DNA from: an uncultured delta proteobacterium
Lineage (GTDB): Bacteria; Desulfobacterota; Binatia; UBA9968
DNA length: 64,000 nt
Direction of reading: 5' to 3'
NCBI GenBank assembly: GCA_963745035.1
Contig: CAVUVW010000021.1
Coordinates: 320,001 to 384,000, forward strand
Part shown: positions 1 to 9,899 of the stretch, piece after piece
Position numbering within the stretch: the first letter of the stretch is position 1
Layout of the letters: each line of letters begins with the position of its first letter
Notes under the pieces: generated by a model
Told to the model about the DNA's origin: nothing
What the model saw: the letters and a program-made list of their open reading frames with translations, nothing else
Database searches by the model: none
Made by a program: the position numbers and the translations under genes

Positions 1-5
1 ACGAG

Positions 6-353
6 GTGGGTCGGCAGGACGAGCCGCCGCCCGCTCCAAGAGCCGGCTCGAGCCTGCCGTTCATGCTCACCTTGACGGCGCTGCTGATTTATTTCGCCTT
101 TCAGACGCTGCAGCTACTAACCGAGCGGAGCAATCTTGGGATGGTCAAAAGCAACCAGGACGGCGCCATCCAGGAGGCGGAGAAAGTCCAGGCGCAGTTC
201 AAGACCCTCGTCGGCAAGACCAGCGAGCTCGCCGACCAGGGGCACGCCGGAGCGAAGATGGTGATGGAAGAGCTGTTCAAGCGCGGCGTCGGTTCCGTGC
301 CGGCCGCGCCCCCGGCCATGCCTCCCGGCGCCGAAACCAAGCCGGCCAAGTGA
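6..353 (+). CDS. Hypothetical single-TM protein with a helical C-terminal part; may start before the window
   Basis: Hydrophobic stretch LPFMLTLTALLIYFAF followed by a helical region; the frame is open to the window edge. Confidence 0.65.
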   Translation: MGRQDEPPPAPRAGSSLPFMLTLTALLIYFAFQTLQLLTERSNLGMVKSNQDGAIQEAEKVQAQFKTLVGKTSELADQGHAGAKMVMEELFKRGVGSVPAAPPAMPPGAETKPAK

Positions 354-413
354 TCCGCCGATTCCGGCCCTTCAAACATTCCCCCGGTCATTTACTCGCG
401 AAGAGGATTTGTC

Positions 414-3400
414 GTGTATCCAACTTTTCATCCATTGATTCGGCGCTGGTTCGCGGACCGCTTTGACGGCCCGACGCCGGCGCAGGCCGAAGGTTGGTCG
501 GCGATCGCCGCGGGCAAATCGACTTTGATCGCAGCGCCAACCGGCTCGGGAAAAACGCTGGCGGCGTTTCTCTGGTCTATTGATGGGCTGGTCAAACGCG
601 CGCTTGCCGGCTCGCTCGACGAGCGCACGAGCGTGGTTTACGTCTCGCCGCTCAAGGCGCTCGGCAACGATATCGCGAAAAATCTGCAAGCGCCCCTCGC
701 CGAAATGTACGAGCTCGCCGGGCGCGAAGGCATTCTCCTGCCGACTATCCGGGTGGCGGTGCGCTCCGGCGACACTCCGGCGCACGAACGCCAGGCGATG
801 ACCAAACGGCCGCCGCACATCCTAATCACCACGCCCGAGTCGCTTTATATTCTGCTCACCGCGCCGCGCAGCCGGGAGTTTCTCAAGAGCGCTGAAACCT
901 TGATCGTCGATGAGATCCACGCGGTAGCGCAGGATAAACGCGGCGCGCACCTGGCGCTCTCGCTCGAACGACTCGACGCTTTGGCGGGAAGGTCGCTGCA
1001 GCGGATCGGGCTAAGCGCCACTCAGAAACCTATTGAGGACGTCGCGCGTTTGCTCGTGGGGTCGGAGCATCTGCAGCCGGATGGCGCGCCGGATTGCTCG
1101 ATCATCGACGTCGGCCACCAGCGCGAAATGGAGCTTCGCATCGAAGTGCCGGACGTCGAGCTTGGCCCGATCATTCGACAGGATGTTTGGTCGGCGGTCT
1201 ACGATAAACTCGTCGCACAAATTCAGGCGCATCGGACTACCTTGATTTTTGTCAACACGCGCAGGCTAGTGGAGCGCGTTGCCCACCAGCTGACCGAGCG
1301 TCTGGGCGAAGGCAAAGTCGGCGCGCATCATGGCAGCCTGTCGCGCAAGACGCGCCTCGAAGTCGAAGAAAAACTCAAGACCGGCCAGTACTCTGCCGTG
1401 GTTGCCACCGCCTCACTGGAGCTCGGCATCGACATCGGCCACGTCGACGTCGTCTGTCATATCGGCTCGCCGCGCAATCTTGCGGTTTTGCTGCAGCGGG
1501 TCGGCCGCTCGGGCCACTGGCTCGGTGCGATTCCCAAAGGAGTTTTCTTCCCGCTCACGCGCGACGACTTGCTGCAGGCCAGTGCCGCGGTTCGCGCCGT
1601 GCGCCAGGGAGAACTGGATAAGCTGACGGTCATCGACAAGCCGCTCGATATTCTTGCTCAGCAAATGGTCGCGATCGTCGCGAGCTTGGAGCCGGCCGGC
1701 GGATTGGGTCACAAAGACGAGGGGATCAGCGAAGAGGCGCTGTGGAAGCTGGTGCGCTCGGCGTATCCGTACAGAGATCTTGCCCGTAAAGACTTCGATC
1801 AGGTTTTGGAAATGCTCAGCGAAGGGGTTGAGACCCGGCGCAGCCGGCGCAGCGCCTATCTGCATCGAGACCGCATTCACGGCATGCTGCGTGCCCGGCG
1901 CGGCGCCCGTCTGACTGCGATTACCAACGGCGGGGCAATCCCCGACACCGCCGATTATCGCGTGATCGAGTTTCCCAGCGAGACCTTCGTCGGCACAGTG
2001 AACGAAGATTTCGCCATCGAAAGTTTGGCCGGTGATATTTTTCTCCTCGGCAATCGTTCCTGGCGGATTCGCCGCGTCGGTTCCGGCCAAATGTGGGTGG
2101 AAGACGCTCAAGGGCTGCCACCGAGCATTCCTTTTTGGATGGGCGAGGCGCCGGCGCGCACGTTGGAATTATCCGCAGCGGTCTCCGAGCTGCGGAAAGC
2201 CGTGGCAGCCCGGCTTGCCGATCGCGATCAGGTGATTCAATGGTTGATCACTGAAGTGCCGGTGCCGCAAGCCGCGGCCGAACAGATCGCCGACTACGTC
2301 TCCGAGACCGTGCAGATGCTTGGCACCGTGCCAACGCAGGACAAGCTCATCGCCGAGCGCTTCTTCGACGAAGCCGGCGGCATGCAATTGATTCTTCATT
2401 CACCCTGGGGTGGGCGCATCAATCGGGCCTGGGGGCTTGCCCTGCGCAAGCGCTTTTGCGTGAGCTTCGATCGCGAGCTCCAAGCGGCGGCGACCGACGA
2501 CGGTCTATGCATTTCGCTGGTCGAGCAGCACTCGTTTCCGCTGTCCGATGTGTTTTCGATGCTCCGTCCGGGGAACTTGGAGTACAACCTGACCCAGGCA
2601 GCGTTGGCGTCGCCGATGTTCGACAACCGCTGGCGCTGGAACGCGAGCCGCGCGCTGGCGATCCGCCGCCACAACGGTGGTCGCAAGGTCCCGGTGGCGC
2701 TCCAGCGCATGCGCGCCGAAGATCTCCTCGCAGCGGTCTTTCCCGAGCAGGTGATGTGTCAGGACAACCGCAGCGGTCCGGTCGAGCTGCCCGATCATCC
2801 GCTGGTCAAAGAAACCATGGGCGATTGTCTCCATGAGGCGATGGACGTGGACGGTCTCAGAGATATCCTAGCGCGCATCGAAAGCGGCGCCATCGAGACG
2901 ATCGCCATCGACACCGCCGCGCCGTCGCCGATGGCCCACGAAATTCTCAACGCCAACCCGTACGCTTTTCTCGACGACGCGCCGCTCGAGGAGCGGCGCG
3001 CGCGGGCCGTTTCTCTGCGCAGGGTAGATCCTCGCCTCGCCCAGGAATTCGGCCGGCTCGACGCCGCAGCCATCGAGGAGGTACGCCGGCAGGCTTGGCC
3101 CGAAGTGCGCAGCGCCGACGAATTGCATGACCTTCTGCTCGGTGTCTGTCTGCTGCCGGAAAATCTGCGTCCGGACTGGGAGCCCATGGCCAAGGCGCTG
3201 ATCCGCGACGGCCGGGCAGCGGTCGCCGAATGGCGCGTGGGAGACGACACGCGGCGCGCCTACGTCGCTGCCGAGCGCGTCGATCTAGCGCGCCGCGCCA
3301 TGCCGAGCGTCGCGCTTGTTCCGCCGATCGAGCTGCCGCTCGGGTTTGTCGATGAAGTCGCATCGGAAGAAGAAGCTTACCGGAAGATCGTTCAGGGTTG

Positions 3401-4763
3401 GCTCGAAGTGAGCGGGCCGGTGACTGCAGGCGGACTGGCGCAACAGTTGGGATTGTCGCGGCAGAAAATCGATATCGCGTTGCTCGCCCTGGAAAGCGCC
3501 GGTGCGGTGCTGCGCGGCGAGTTCACCGGCGCGACGCGGCCTGTGGGCGAAACCGAATGGTGCGATCGCGTGCTTCTGGCGCGCATTCATCGCTTGACTC
3601 TGGGGCGCATGCGCAAAGAGATCGAGCCGGTGTCGGCGGCGGAGTTCATGCGCTTTCTCCTGGCCTGGCAGCACGCCGTTCCCGATGCCAAGCTGCGTGG
3701 CCGCGACGGCGTCTTGCAAGTGATTGAGCAGCTGCAAGGACTGGAGCTGCCCGCGCCGGCGTGGGAGCAGCAGATTCTGCCGGCGCGCATCGAGCGCTAC
3801 GATCCCGCCGATCTCGAACATCTTTGCCTGGGCGGCATGGTGGCGTGGGGACGGCTCCGGTGGGAGGACGCAAGCCGCGAAGAAAGCGCAATGCCGGTGC
3901 GAGCGGGCCGGCGCGGCAGAAGAGTGCTTGCTCCGGCGCGCAACGCGCCGATCTCTTTTCTCTTGCGCGCCGATCTCGATCTCTTTCTTGAGGCTTCGGC
4001 TGTGCCCTTGGAGCAAATCGCCACGCTTTCGCCGATGGCGCGAGAAGTGGCGGGTTATCTCGAGCGGCACGGCGCGTCTTTCTTGAGCGACATCTCGCGC
4101 GGTACTGGCATGCTGCGCGTCAAAGTGGAAGAGGCGCTGTGGCAGTTGGTGGCGCACGGACTGGCGAGCGGCGACGGCATAGCCGGGCTGAGAGTCTTGC
4201 TGACGCCGGATCACAAACGCGTCGAGCGCCGGCGCAGCCTGCACGTCATCTCGGGCGGCCGGAGCCCCGAGCGCTCGATGCCGGTTGGACGTTGGGCGCT
4301 CTGGCGCCAGCGCCGCTCGAGCGAGGACTCCACGAGCGGCGAGGCGATTCTCGAGCGTCGCGCACGGCAGTTGCTCCAGCGCTACGGCGTGGTGTTTCGC
4401 GAGCTGCTGGCGCGCGAAACGATCATGCCGCCGTGGCGGAGCCTGCTCGCGGTCTATCGGCGTTTGGAAGCGCGCGGCGAGATTCGCGGCGGGCGTTTTG
4501 TCGGAGGCTTTGTCGGCGAGCAGTTTGCCCTGCCCCAGGCGATCGATTCGCTGCGCGCCCTTCGGCGCCGCGAGGAGCATGAACCGCCGGTTGTGGTTTC
4601 GGCAGCGGACCCATTGAATTTACTAGGAATTGTCTTTCCTGGCACGAGGGTTTCGCCGTATTCGAATCAGGTGATCGCCTACGTCGACGGACTGCCCGTC
4701 GGCGTCGGATTATTGGGAGAGATATTGAGCCGGCTACAGGAATTGCCGGCCCAACAAAGTTGA
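414..4763 (+). CDS. lhr: Lhr-family SF2 helicase, long form with C-terminal extension
   Basis: 1449 aa; APTGSGKT, YVSPLKAL, TTPESL, DEIH, GLSAT, HHGSLS, SLELGID and QRVGRSGH motifs; C-terminal RGGRFV and AADPLN segments; GAGGA upstream of the GTG start. Confidence 0.93.
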   Translation: MYPTFHPLIRRWFADRFDGPTPAQAEGWSAIAAGKSTLIAAPTGSGKTLAAFLWSIDGLVKRALAGSLDERTSVVYVSPLKALGNDIAKNLQAPLAEMYELAGREGILLPTIRVAVRSGDTPAHERQAMTKRPPHILITTPESLYILLTAPRSREFLKSAETLIVDEIHAVAQDKRGAHLALSLERLDALAGRSLQRIGLSATQKPIEDVARLLVGSEHLQPDGAPDCSIIDVGHQREMELRIEVPDVELGPIIRQDVWSAVYDKLVAQIQAHRTTLIFVNTRRLVERVAHQLTERLGEGKVGAHHGSLSRKTRLEVEEKLKTGQYSAVVATASLELGIDIGHVDVVCHIGSPRNLAVLLQRVGRSGHWLGAIPKGVFFPLTRDDLLQASAAVRAVRQGELDKLTVIDKPLDILAQQMVAIVASLEPAGGLGHKDEGISEEALWKLVRSAYPYRDLARKDFDQVLEMLSEGVETRRSRRSAYLHRDRIHGMLRARRGARLTAITNGGAIPDTADYRVIEFPSETFVGTVNEDFAIESLAGDIFLLGNRSWRIRRVGSGQMWVEDAQGLPPSIPFWMGEAPARTLELSAAVSELRKAVAARLADRDQVIQWLITEVPVPQAAAEQIADYVSETVQMLGTVPTQDKLIAERFFDEAGGMQLILHSPWGGRINRAWGLALRKRFCVSFDRELQAAATDDGLCISLVEQHSFPLSDVFSMLRPGNLEYNLTQAALASPMFDNRWRWNASRALAIRRHNGGRKVPVALQRMRAEDLLAAVFPEQVMCQDNRSGPVELPDHPLVKETMGDCLHEAMDVDGLRDILARIESGAIETIAIDTAAPSPMAHEILNANPYAFLDDAPLEERRARAVSLRRVDPRLAQEFGRLDAAAIEEVRRQAWPEVRSADELHDLLLGVCLLPENLRPDWEPMAKALIRDGRAAVAEWRVGDDTRRAYVAAERVDLARRAMPSVALVPPIELPLGFVDEVASEEEAYRKIVQGWLEVSGPVTAGGLAQQLGLSRQKIDIALLALESAGAVLRGEFTGATRPVGETEWCDRVLLARIHRLTLGRMRKEIEPVSAAEFMRFLLAWQHAVPDAKLRGRDGVLQVIEQLQGLELPAPAWEQQILPARIERYDPADLEHLCLGGMVAWGRLRWEDASREESAMPVRAGRRGRRVLAPARNAPISFLLRADLDLFLEASAVPLEQIATLSPMAREVAGYLERHGASFLSDISRGTGMLRVKVEEALWQLVAHGLASGDGIAGLRVLLTPDHKRVERRRSLHVISGGRSPERSMPVGRWALWRQRRSSEDSTSGEAILERRARQLLQRYGVVFRELLARETIMPPWRSLLAVYRRLEARGEIRGGRFVGGFVGEQFALPQAIDSLRALRRREEHEPPVVVSAADPLNLLGIVFPGTRVSPYSNQVIAYVDGLPVGVGLLGEILSRLQELPAQQS

Positions 4764-4836
4764 CGAAAAAAGCCGCCATGACGGACGCAGCATCGCCCGC
4801 GTGTTACTGAGAGCAGAATTTGCAGTGAAAGAAATT

Positions 4837-4857
4837 GCCGACTCCGTTGGAGTCGGC
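4837..4857 (-). terminator. Intrinsic terminator for the 4886..5173 gene, possibly bidirectional
   Basis: Perfect 9-bp stem GCCGACTCC-gtt-GGAGTCGGC, followed on the minus strand by AATTTCTTTC, between convergent genes. Confidence 0.6.
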
Positions 4858-4885
4858 TGGTAGCCGAAGTCATCGGCTGCCGAAC

Positions 4886-5173
4886 TTACATCCGCGCCTG
4901 ACCGTTTATCTGCTTGGACATCGGTGAGCTCAGCACTTCTTTCAAGACACGGATCTCGACCACGTCTTCTTGCAGCCGGGTCAGGCCTTCTTTGGCGCGG
5001 TGAATTTCCGCGAGCATGGAATCCAGCTCGCCGATACTGATCGATTCGAGAGCCTGGCGGATCTTGCGATTCATGCCGAACAGATTCTGAAATCCGCCAT
5101 TGTCGGATATTTTGTTATCGAGCTCGTTGTAGACGCGGGTCACGCCTTCCATCTGACTCTTGACATCATCCAC
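4886..5173 (-). CDS. Small hypothetical helical/coiled-coil protein
   Basis: 95 aa; strong Shine-Dalgarno AAGGAGG 7 nt before GTG; own terminator. Confidence 0.75.
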   Translation of the reverse strand: MDDVKSQMEGVTRVYNELDNKISDNGGFQNLFGMNRKIRQALESISIGELDSMLAEIHRAKEGLTRLQEDVVEIRVLKEVLSSPMSKQINGQARM

Positions 5174-5359
5174 GGGGAATCCTCCTTGTGTGCTTGCGAC
5201 GGATGTTGGGTTGTTGTAACTAGCTCAGATCATAGTTGCGATGAGAAAACAAGGGCAATGCGCGTCATAAAACGAATTCGCGGTAACTCGAAATCCCTAG
5301 CGATGAAAATAAAGTAAAACCGTTGACACGATCGCATAGCGTCGGCGAGGTGACTACAC

Positions 5360-7591
5360 ATGAACGAGATTCGTAGCGTCGGTATTCCCAGCCCTAGAGT
5401 GGAAGGCGAACAAAAAGTCGGCGGCGCCGCGGTGTACGCCGTCGATGTCGCGCTGCCCGATATGCTGTGGGCGAAGGTGTTGCGCAGCCCGATCGCCCAC
5501 GGCCGCATCAAAAGAATCGACGCTGCCAAGGCGCTTGGCTTGCCGGGAGTGAAGGCGGTCTTGACCGGCGCCGATCTCGCCGGCGCGCGCATCGGCAAGA
5601 AGATCGTCGATATGCCGCTGCTGGCGCAAGACGTCGTGCGCTACGCCGGCGAGAAGGTTGCGGCAGTAGCGGCCGAGAGCGAAGCCGTCGCCGAGACGGC
5701 GCTGGACTTGATCGAAGTCGAGTATGAAGAGTTGCCGGTCGTGACCGATCCCCTGGTGGCCATGGCCGCCGACGCGCCGCTGCTGCATCCCAACTTGGGC
5801 GAGTACAAAGGCCTGCTGCACAAGATCGACGCGCCGAGCAACGTGTTCGTGCGCCTCAACTGGAAGAAGGGCGACGTCGAAGAGGGCTTTCGCCAGTCCG
5901 ACGCGGTGGTGGAAAACACGTTTACGGTTCCCGCCGTGCACCAGGCCTACATCGAGCCGCACTGTTCGATCGTGCGCATTCTTCCGGACGGCGGCGCGGA
6001 GATCTGGTCATCGAACAAGAGTCCGTTCGCCCTGCGCGATCAGGTCGGCAACGCCTTGCAGATCGCGCCGGCGAGCCTGACTGTCCGGCCGTGCTACGTC
6101 GGCGGCGACTTCGGCGGCAAGGGCGACGGCAACGACGTCGCGCTTTGTTATGCGTTGGCGCGTCGCTGCGGCCGGCCGGTAAAGCTGTTGATCGACTACA
6201 CCGAGGAGCTCATGGCTGGCAATCCGCGCCACGGCGCGGTTATCCGAGTAAAAACCGGCGTGAAGAAGAACGGCATTCTCATCGCCCAGCACGTGCAGTT
6301 CGTTTTCGACAGCGGAGCGTACGGGGCTTATCGGCCTCAAGGGTTTCTGGTCGGCGCGCACGACGCGCCGGGACCCTATCGCGTGCCCAACTGTCTGGTG
6401 GAAGAAAAATACGTCTACACCAACAAGATGCCCTGCGGCTACATGCGCGCGCCCGGCCATCTCCAGGCGATGTTCGCGTGCGAAAGCCAGGCGGATCTGG
6501 TGGCGCGCCGCTTGGGCATCGACCCCATCGAATTCCGCCGCATGAATCTCATGCGCGACGGCGACGCCGCGCCACTCGGCGAAGTGGTGCCGCACGTGAA
6601 GGCCACGGAAACTCTGGCAAGAGCGCTTGACGAGTCGGGCTACCGGCGCGCTAAACCGAAGCACACCGGACGGGGCTGCGCCATCGCCGATTGGGTGTCC
6701 AAGGGTGGCGAATCGTACGCGCTGCTGCGCATCGACGAGCAGGGCGTGGTCACGCTCGCCTCCGCCGTCACCGACACCGGTCCCGGAGTGTTTACCATGA
6801 TGCGCCAGATCGTCGGCGAGGAGCTCAAGGTCGCGCTCGATGCGGTGCGCGTGGAGATGCTCGATTCGTCCAAAGTGCTCAAGGACACCGGAGTGCGCGG
6901 CAGCAGCAGCACGCGGGTGCACGGCAGCTCGGCGCTCGATGCCGCGCGCAAGATGCAAACGGAAATTCTCAACGCCGCGGGACGGGCGATGCAGGCGGCG
7001 CCAGAGGACCTGATTCTCTACGACGGCGGCGTCACACACGGGCGGGCAGAGCGGCGCATGACCTACGCGGAAATCGTCCGCGCCCACGGCGCGCCGCTGA
7101 CGGTGGAAGGCCACTACGTCAATATGGCGGACGGGCCCGAAGCGTCGCTGGTGGCGCAAGTGGCCGAAGTCGAAGTCGACGCCGAGACCGGCGAGGTGCG
7201 CGTCAAAAAATTGACCACCGCGCACAACACCGGCGCGATCTTGAATCCGCTCACCCACCAGGGCCAGATCGACGGCGCGGTGGTCATGGGCATGGGCTAC
7301 GGCTTGATCGAGAACTTGGCTTACGACGAGAGCGGCAAAGTGCTCGCCGCCAATCTCGGCGACTACAAGATCCCCAACATTCAGGACATTCCGCCGCTCC
7401 ATACGGCGATCCTGCAATCGGACTTCGGCAGCGGGCCGTACAACAGCATGAGCATCGGCGAAACCGCGCTGATCCCGACGGCGGCGGCCATCGCCAACGC
7501 CGTCGAAGATGCCGTCGGAGTGCGCATTAAATCGCTGCCGATCACGGCGGAAAAAGTTCTGAACGGGCTCAAGGGAAGAGCGCCGGATTGA
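5360..7591 (+). CDS. Xanthine dehydrogenase/CoxL-family molybdopterin-binding subunit
   Basis: LRSPIAHGRI, HQAYIEPH, GGDFGGKG, MRAPG, GQIDGAVVMGMG, DYKIP, SIGE and LPITAEKV motifs. Confidence 0.92.
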   Translation: MNEIRSVGIPSPRVEGEQKVGGAAVYAVDVALPDMLWAKVLRSPIAHGRIKRIDAAKALGLPGVKAVLTGADLAGARIGKKIVDMPLLAQDVVRYAGEKVAAVAAESEAVAETALDLIEVEYEELPVVTDPLVAMAADAPLLHPNLGEYKGLLHKIDAPSNVFVRLNWKKGDVEEGFRQSDAVVENTFTVPAVHQAYIEPHCSIVRILPDGGAEIWSSNKSPFALRDQVGNALQIAPASLTVRPCYVGGDFGGKGDGNDVALCYALARRCGRPVKLLIDYTEELMAGNPRHGAVIRVKTGVKKNGILIAQHVQFVFDSGAYGAYRPQGFLVGAHDAPGPYRVPNCLVEEKYVYTNKMPCGYMRAPGHLQAMFACESQADLVARRLGIDPIEFRRMNLMRDGDAAPLGEVVPHVKATETLARALDESGYRRAKPKHTGRGCAIADWVSKGGESYALLRIDEQGVVTLASAVTDTGPGVFTMMRQIVGEELKVALDAVRVEMLDSSKVLKDTGVRGSSSTRVHGSSALDAARKMQTEILNAAGRAMQAAPEDLILYDGGVTHGRAERRMTYAEIVRAHGAPLTVEGHYVNMADGPEASLVAQVAEVEVDAETGEVRVKKLTTAHNTGAILNPLTHQGQIDGAVVMGMGYGLIENLAYDESGKVLAANLGDYKIPNIQDIPPLHTAILQSDFGSGPYNSMSIGETALIPTAAAIANAVEDAVGVRIKSLPITAEKVLNGLKGRAPD

Positions 7592-7649
7592 TGCCGCCGC
7601 AAAGTCGCCCGCGCGCCGCAAGCGCGCCTCGATCCGGCCATCTTTTCTG

Positions 7650-8015
7650 ATGCCCGGCGTTGGCTTCACCCCGCTGCGCCGCATCGTGCTGGCGGCGCGC
7701 TATTCCTGGCAGGGGCTCCGCGCCGCCTGGCGCAGGCAGGCGGCGTTGCGCTATGAAGTTTGTCTCTCGCTGCCGATCGTTGCGCTCGGGTGGTGGCTTG
7801 GGCGAAGCGGCGTCGAGCGCGCTTTGTTGATCGGGAGCTGGCTTGCGGTGATCGTCGTCGAGCTCGTCAATTCCGCCATCGAGACGGTCGTGGACCGGAT
7901 CGGCAGCGACCTCCACGAGCTGTCCGGACGCGCCAAGGATCTCGGCTCGGCGGCGGTTTTCTGCTCGATAGTTGTGGCGGCGACGGTTTGGTTGCTTGTG
8001 CTGCTCGATCGCTAG
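7650..8015 (+). CDS. dgkA: Diacylglycerol kinase (prokaryotic membrane type)
   Basis: YSWQGLRAA, ELVNSAIETVVDRIG and AKDLGSAAV motifs; 3 TM segments. Confidence 0.93.
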   Translation: MPGVGFTPLRRIVLAARYSWQGLRAAWRRQAALRYEVCLSLPIVALGWWLGRSGVERALLIGSWLAVIVVELVNSAIETVVDRIGSDLHELSGRAKDLGSAAVFCSIVVAATVWLLVLLDR

Positions 8016-8021
8016 AGGCCG

Positions 8022-8081
8022 AGGAAAATTCCGAGTCAAGGAAACGAGGGCCGAGGACCAGCCTCGACTTAGAGTTTTCCT
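8022..8081. repeat. 20-bp imperfect inverted repeat (stem-loop or MITE-like)
   Basis: AGGAAAATTCCGAGTCAAGG pairs with CCTCGACTTAGAGTTTTCCT at 18 of 20 positions counting G-U; 20-nt loop. Confidence 0.5.
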
Positions 8082-8197
8082 GGCGCGAAACGGTCACCGG
8101 ATTGAGTCGAATATTATCGACGCCAAAGATGAAGAGGATAAGGTCGTGTGCCGTCTAAATCTTAGCGACGGCGAATATAACATCTACGACGCGGTCA

Positions 8198-9116
8198 ATG
8201 AAACCATTCGTAACGCAAATGTCGGACGTTTCCACCGGGCGGACGAAGTGGCGCCGTCGTCGCTATCAGATCGCCGAAGCGTTTGCCGATTATTTCCCAT
8301 CCACTGAGTTTCCTGATTACGGAGCTTTTTTGACTGCCGGCGGGGATGCCATGAAACGGGAGCGAAGAACCCGGGTGGCAATTATTCGGCGCGGACGCCG
8401 GGGCGCGCCGGCCGATGGAATCTCGTCCTTTGTTCTCAAAGTGTACCGGTATCCTTTCATCCAGGGAATTCGCACCGGGTTTCAAATTTCCAAAGCTCAG
8501 CGGGAGTTTGACAGTCTTCGTTATTTGAACCGAATCGGAGTCGGCGCCGCCCAAGCGGTCGGTTATGGCGCAGAACGAACGTCGCTCGGCTTTGTGCGAT
8601 CTTGTTTTATCATCACTCGATTTGTCGACGATTCGATCGATCTTTCGCAGTGGTACGCCGAAGCGATACGCCAGGAAGAGGTCGCTGGGAAAAAAATAGA
8701 TGAGCTTTTTACCCAATTGGGTCGGATGTTCCGTCGTCTGCACCAGGAAAATTTCTTTCTGTTTACGGCCAAGCCAAAGAATATTCTGGTGCGTAATTGC
8801 CGAAATCACGCCAGAGCTAGTTTTGATCGATATTCCTTATGCGCGAACCCTCAAATGGCGGTTGCTCGCGCGTTGGGCACAAGCCCGGGACATCGCCGTT
8901 CTTTTTGGCAATGTCACTGGGCCACTGTCGGACACGGCAACCGAGCTATTTTACCGAGCCTATTTGCCGGATCCGTTGGGCTTTCCTTCGGACACCGTCA
9001 GACGTCACGCGCTGCGGCAATTGCGCGCCAGGCAACATCAGACGCTGATCTCGCGATGGACGCACCACCTGAAGCGGCGCTTGTCGGGAAAAGCGCGTCC
9101 ATCGTCGGTTTCTTGA
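8198..9116 (+). CDS. LPS kinase-like protein (Kdo/WaaP/InaA family), one frameshift near 8810
   Basis: VLKVY, AQREFDSL and KPKNILV in ORF 8198; continues as ELVLIDIPYA...ARDIA in ORF 8700..9116. Confidence 0.75.
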
Positions 9117-9134
9117 TCCTCACGGAAGTCACGC

Positions 9135-9804
9135 ATGGATGAGAATATACTTGCTCGTTATAACAGCGCCGAGGGCGCCGATGATTACCTTCACAAATTC
9201 GAACGCCGCTGGACCGAGCGGGTCAACAACCGGCAGGAACAGCGCTTGATCCGGCGCTTGCTCCGTTCGGTCTCGATGGTCGATCCTCATGGTTTGGCGC
9301 TCGACCTGCCGTGCGGTTATGGACGTCTCTATCCGATCGTTCGCGAGCTGGGAATACCGCGTGGTCGAGAGCGATTGGAGTTTTCCCTTGCTCACTGCTG
9401 CGCGGAGGATTCAGGCCCGCCGCTACGCGCTGGAGTCGTCGCAAAATTATGTGCGCGCGACGGCGCTCGCGCTGCCGTTTAGCGACGGCGCTTTCGAGTT
9501 CGTGCTTTCAGCGAGACTATCGCATCACATCAGGGACCACGAACAACGCTTGCAACATTTACGAGAACTCCTGCGGGTGAGCCGAAGATGGCTGATGTTT
9601 ACTTATTTCGATGCCGACTCGGTCAAAAATCGGATGCACGAACTGGGCAGGCGGTTTCGTGGCAAACGAGCGAAGTGGACCTTGACCTTCGAGGAAGTCC
9701 AGGCGGCCGGCCGTGCCGAAGGTTTCGAAGTCGTCCAATGGGCGTGGATTTCCCGCTTCTTTTCAGGCCATCGCTACGTGCTGATGCAACGAACTCGATT
9801 GTGA
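9135..9804 (+). CDS. Class I SAM-dependent methyltransferase, frameshift near 9355
   Basis: LDLPCGYGR in ORF 9135; LPFSDGAFE...RLSHH...ELLRVSR in ORF 9289..9804. Confidence 0.8.
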
Positions 9805-9899
9805 TCGTCGCGCCGCAAAGCCTTTGGATCGCGCGACGATCCGTTCACGCAAGTCGAAAAATTCAATGCAACATCAGTGCAAAGAGCGGCGCTAATGAA

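Noticed and set aside
6008-7684. Long antisense ORFs (558 aa here; also 3285..4580, 10638..11690, 18916..19998, 60541..62280 and 62830..63888)
   Set aside because: They are shadows of well-supported genes on the opposite strand, expected with GC-rich codon bias, and carry no recognisable motifs
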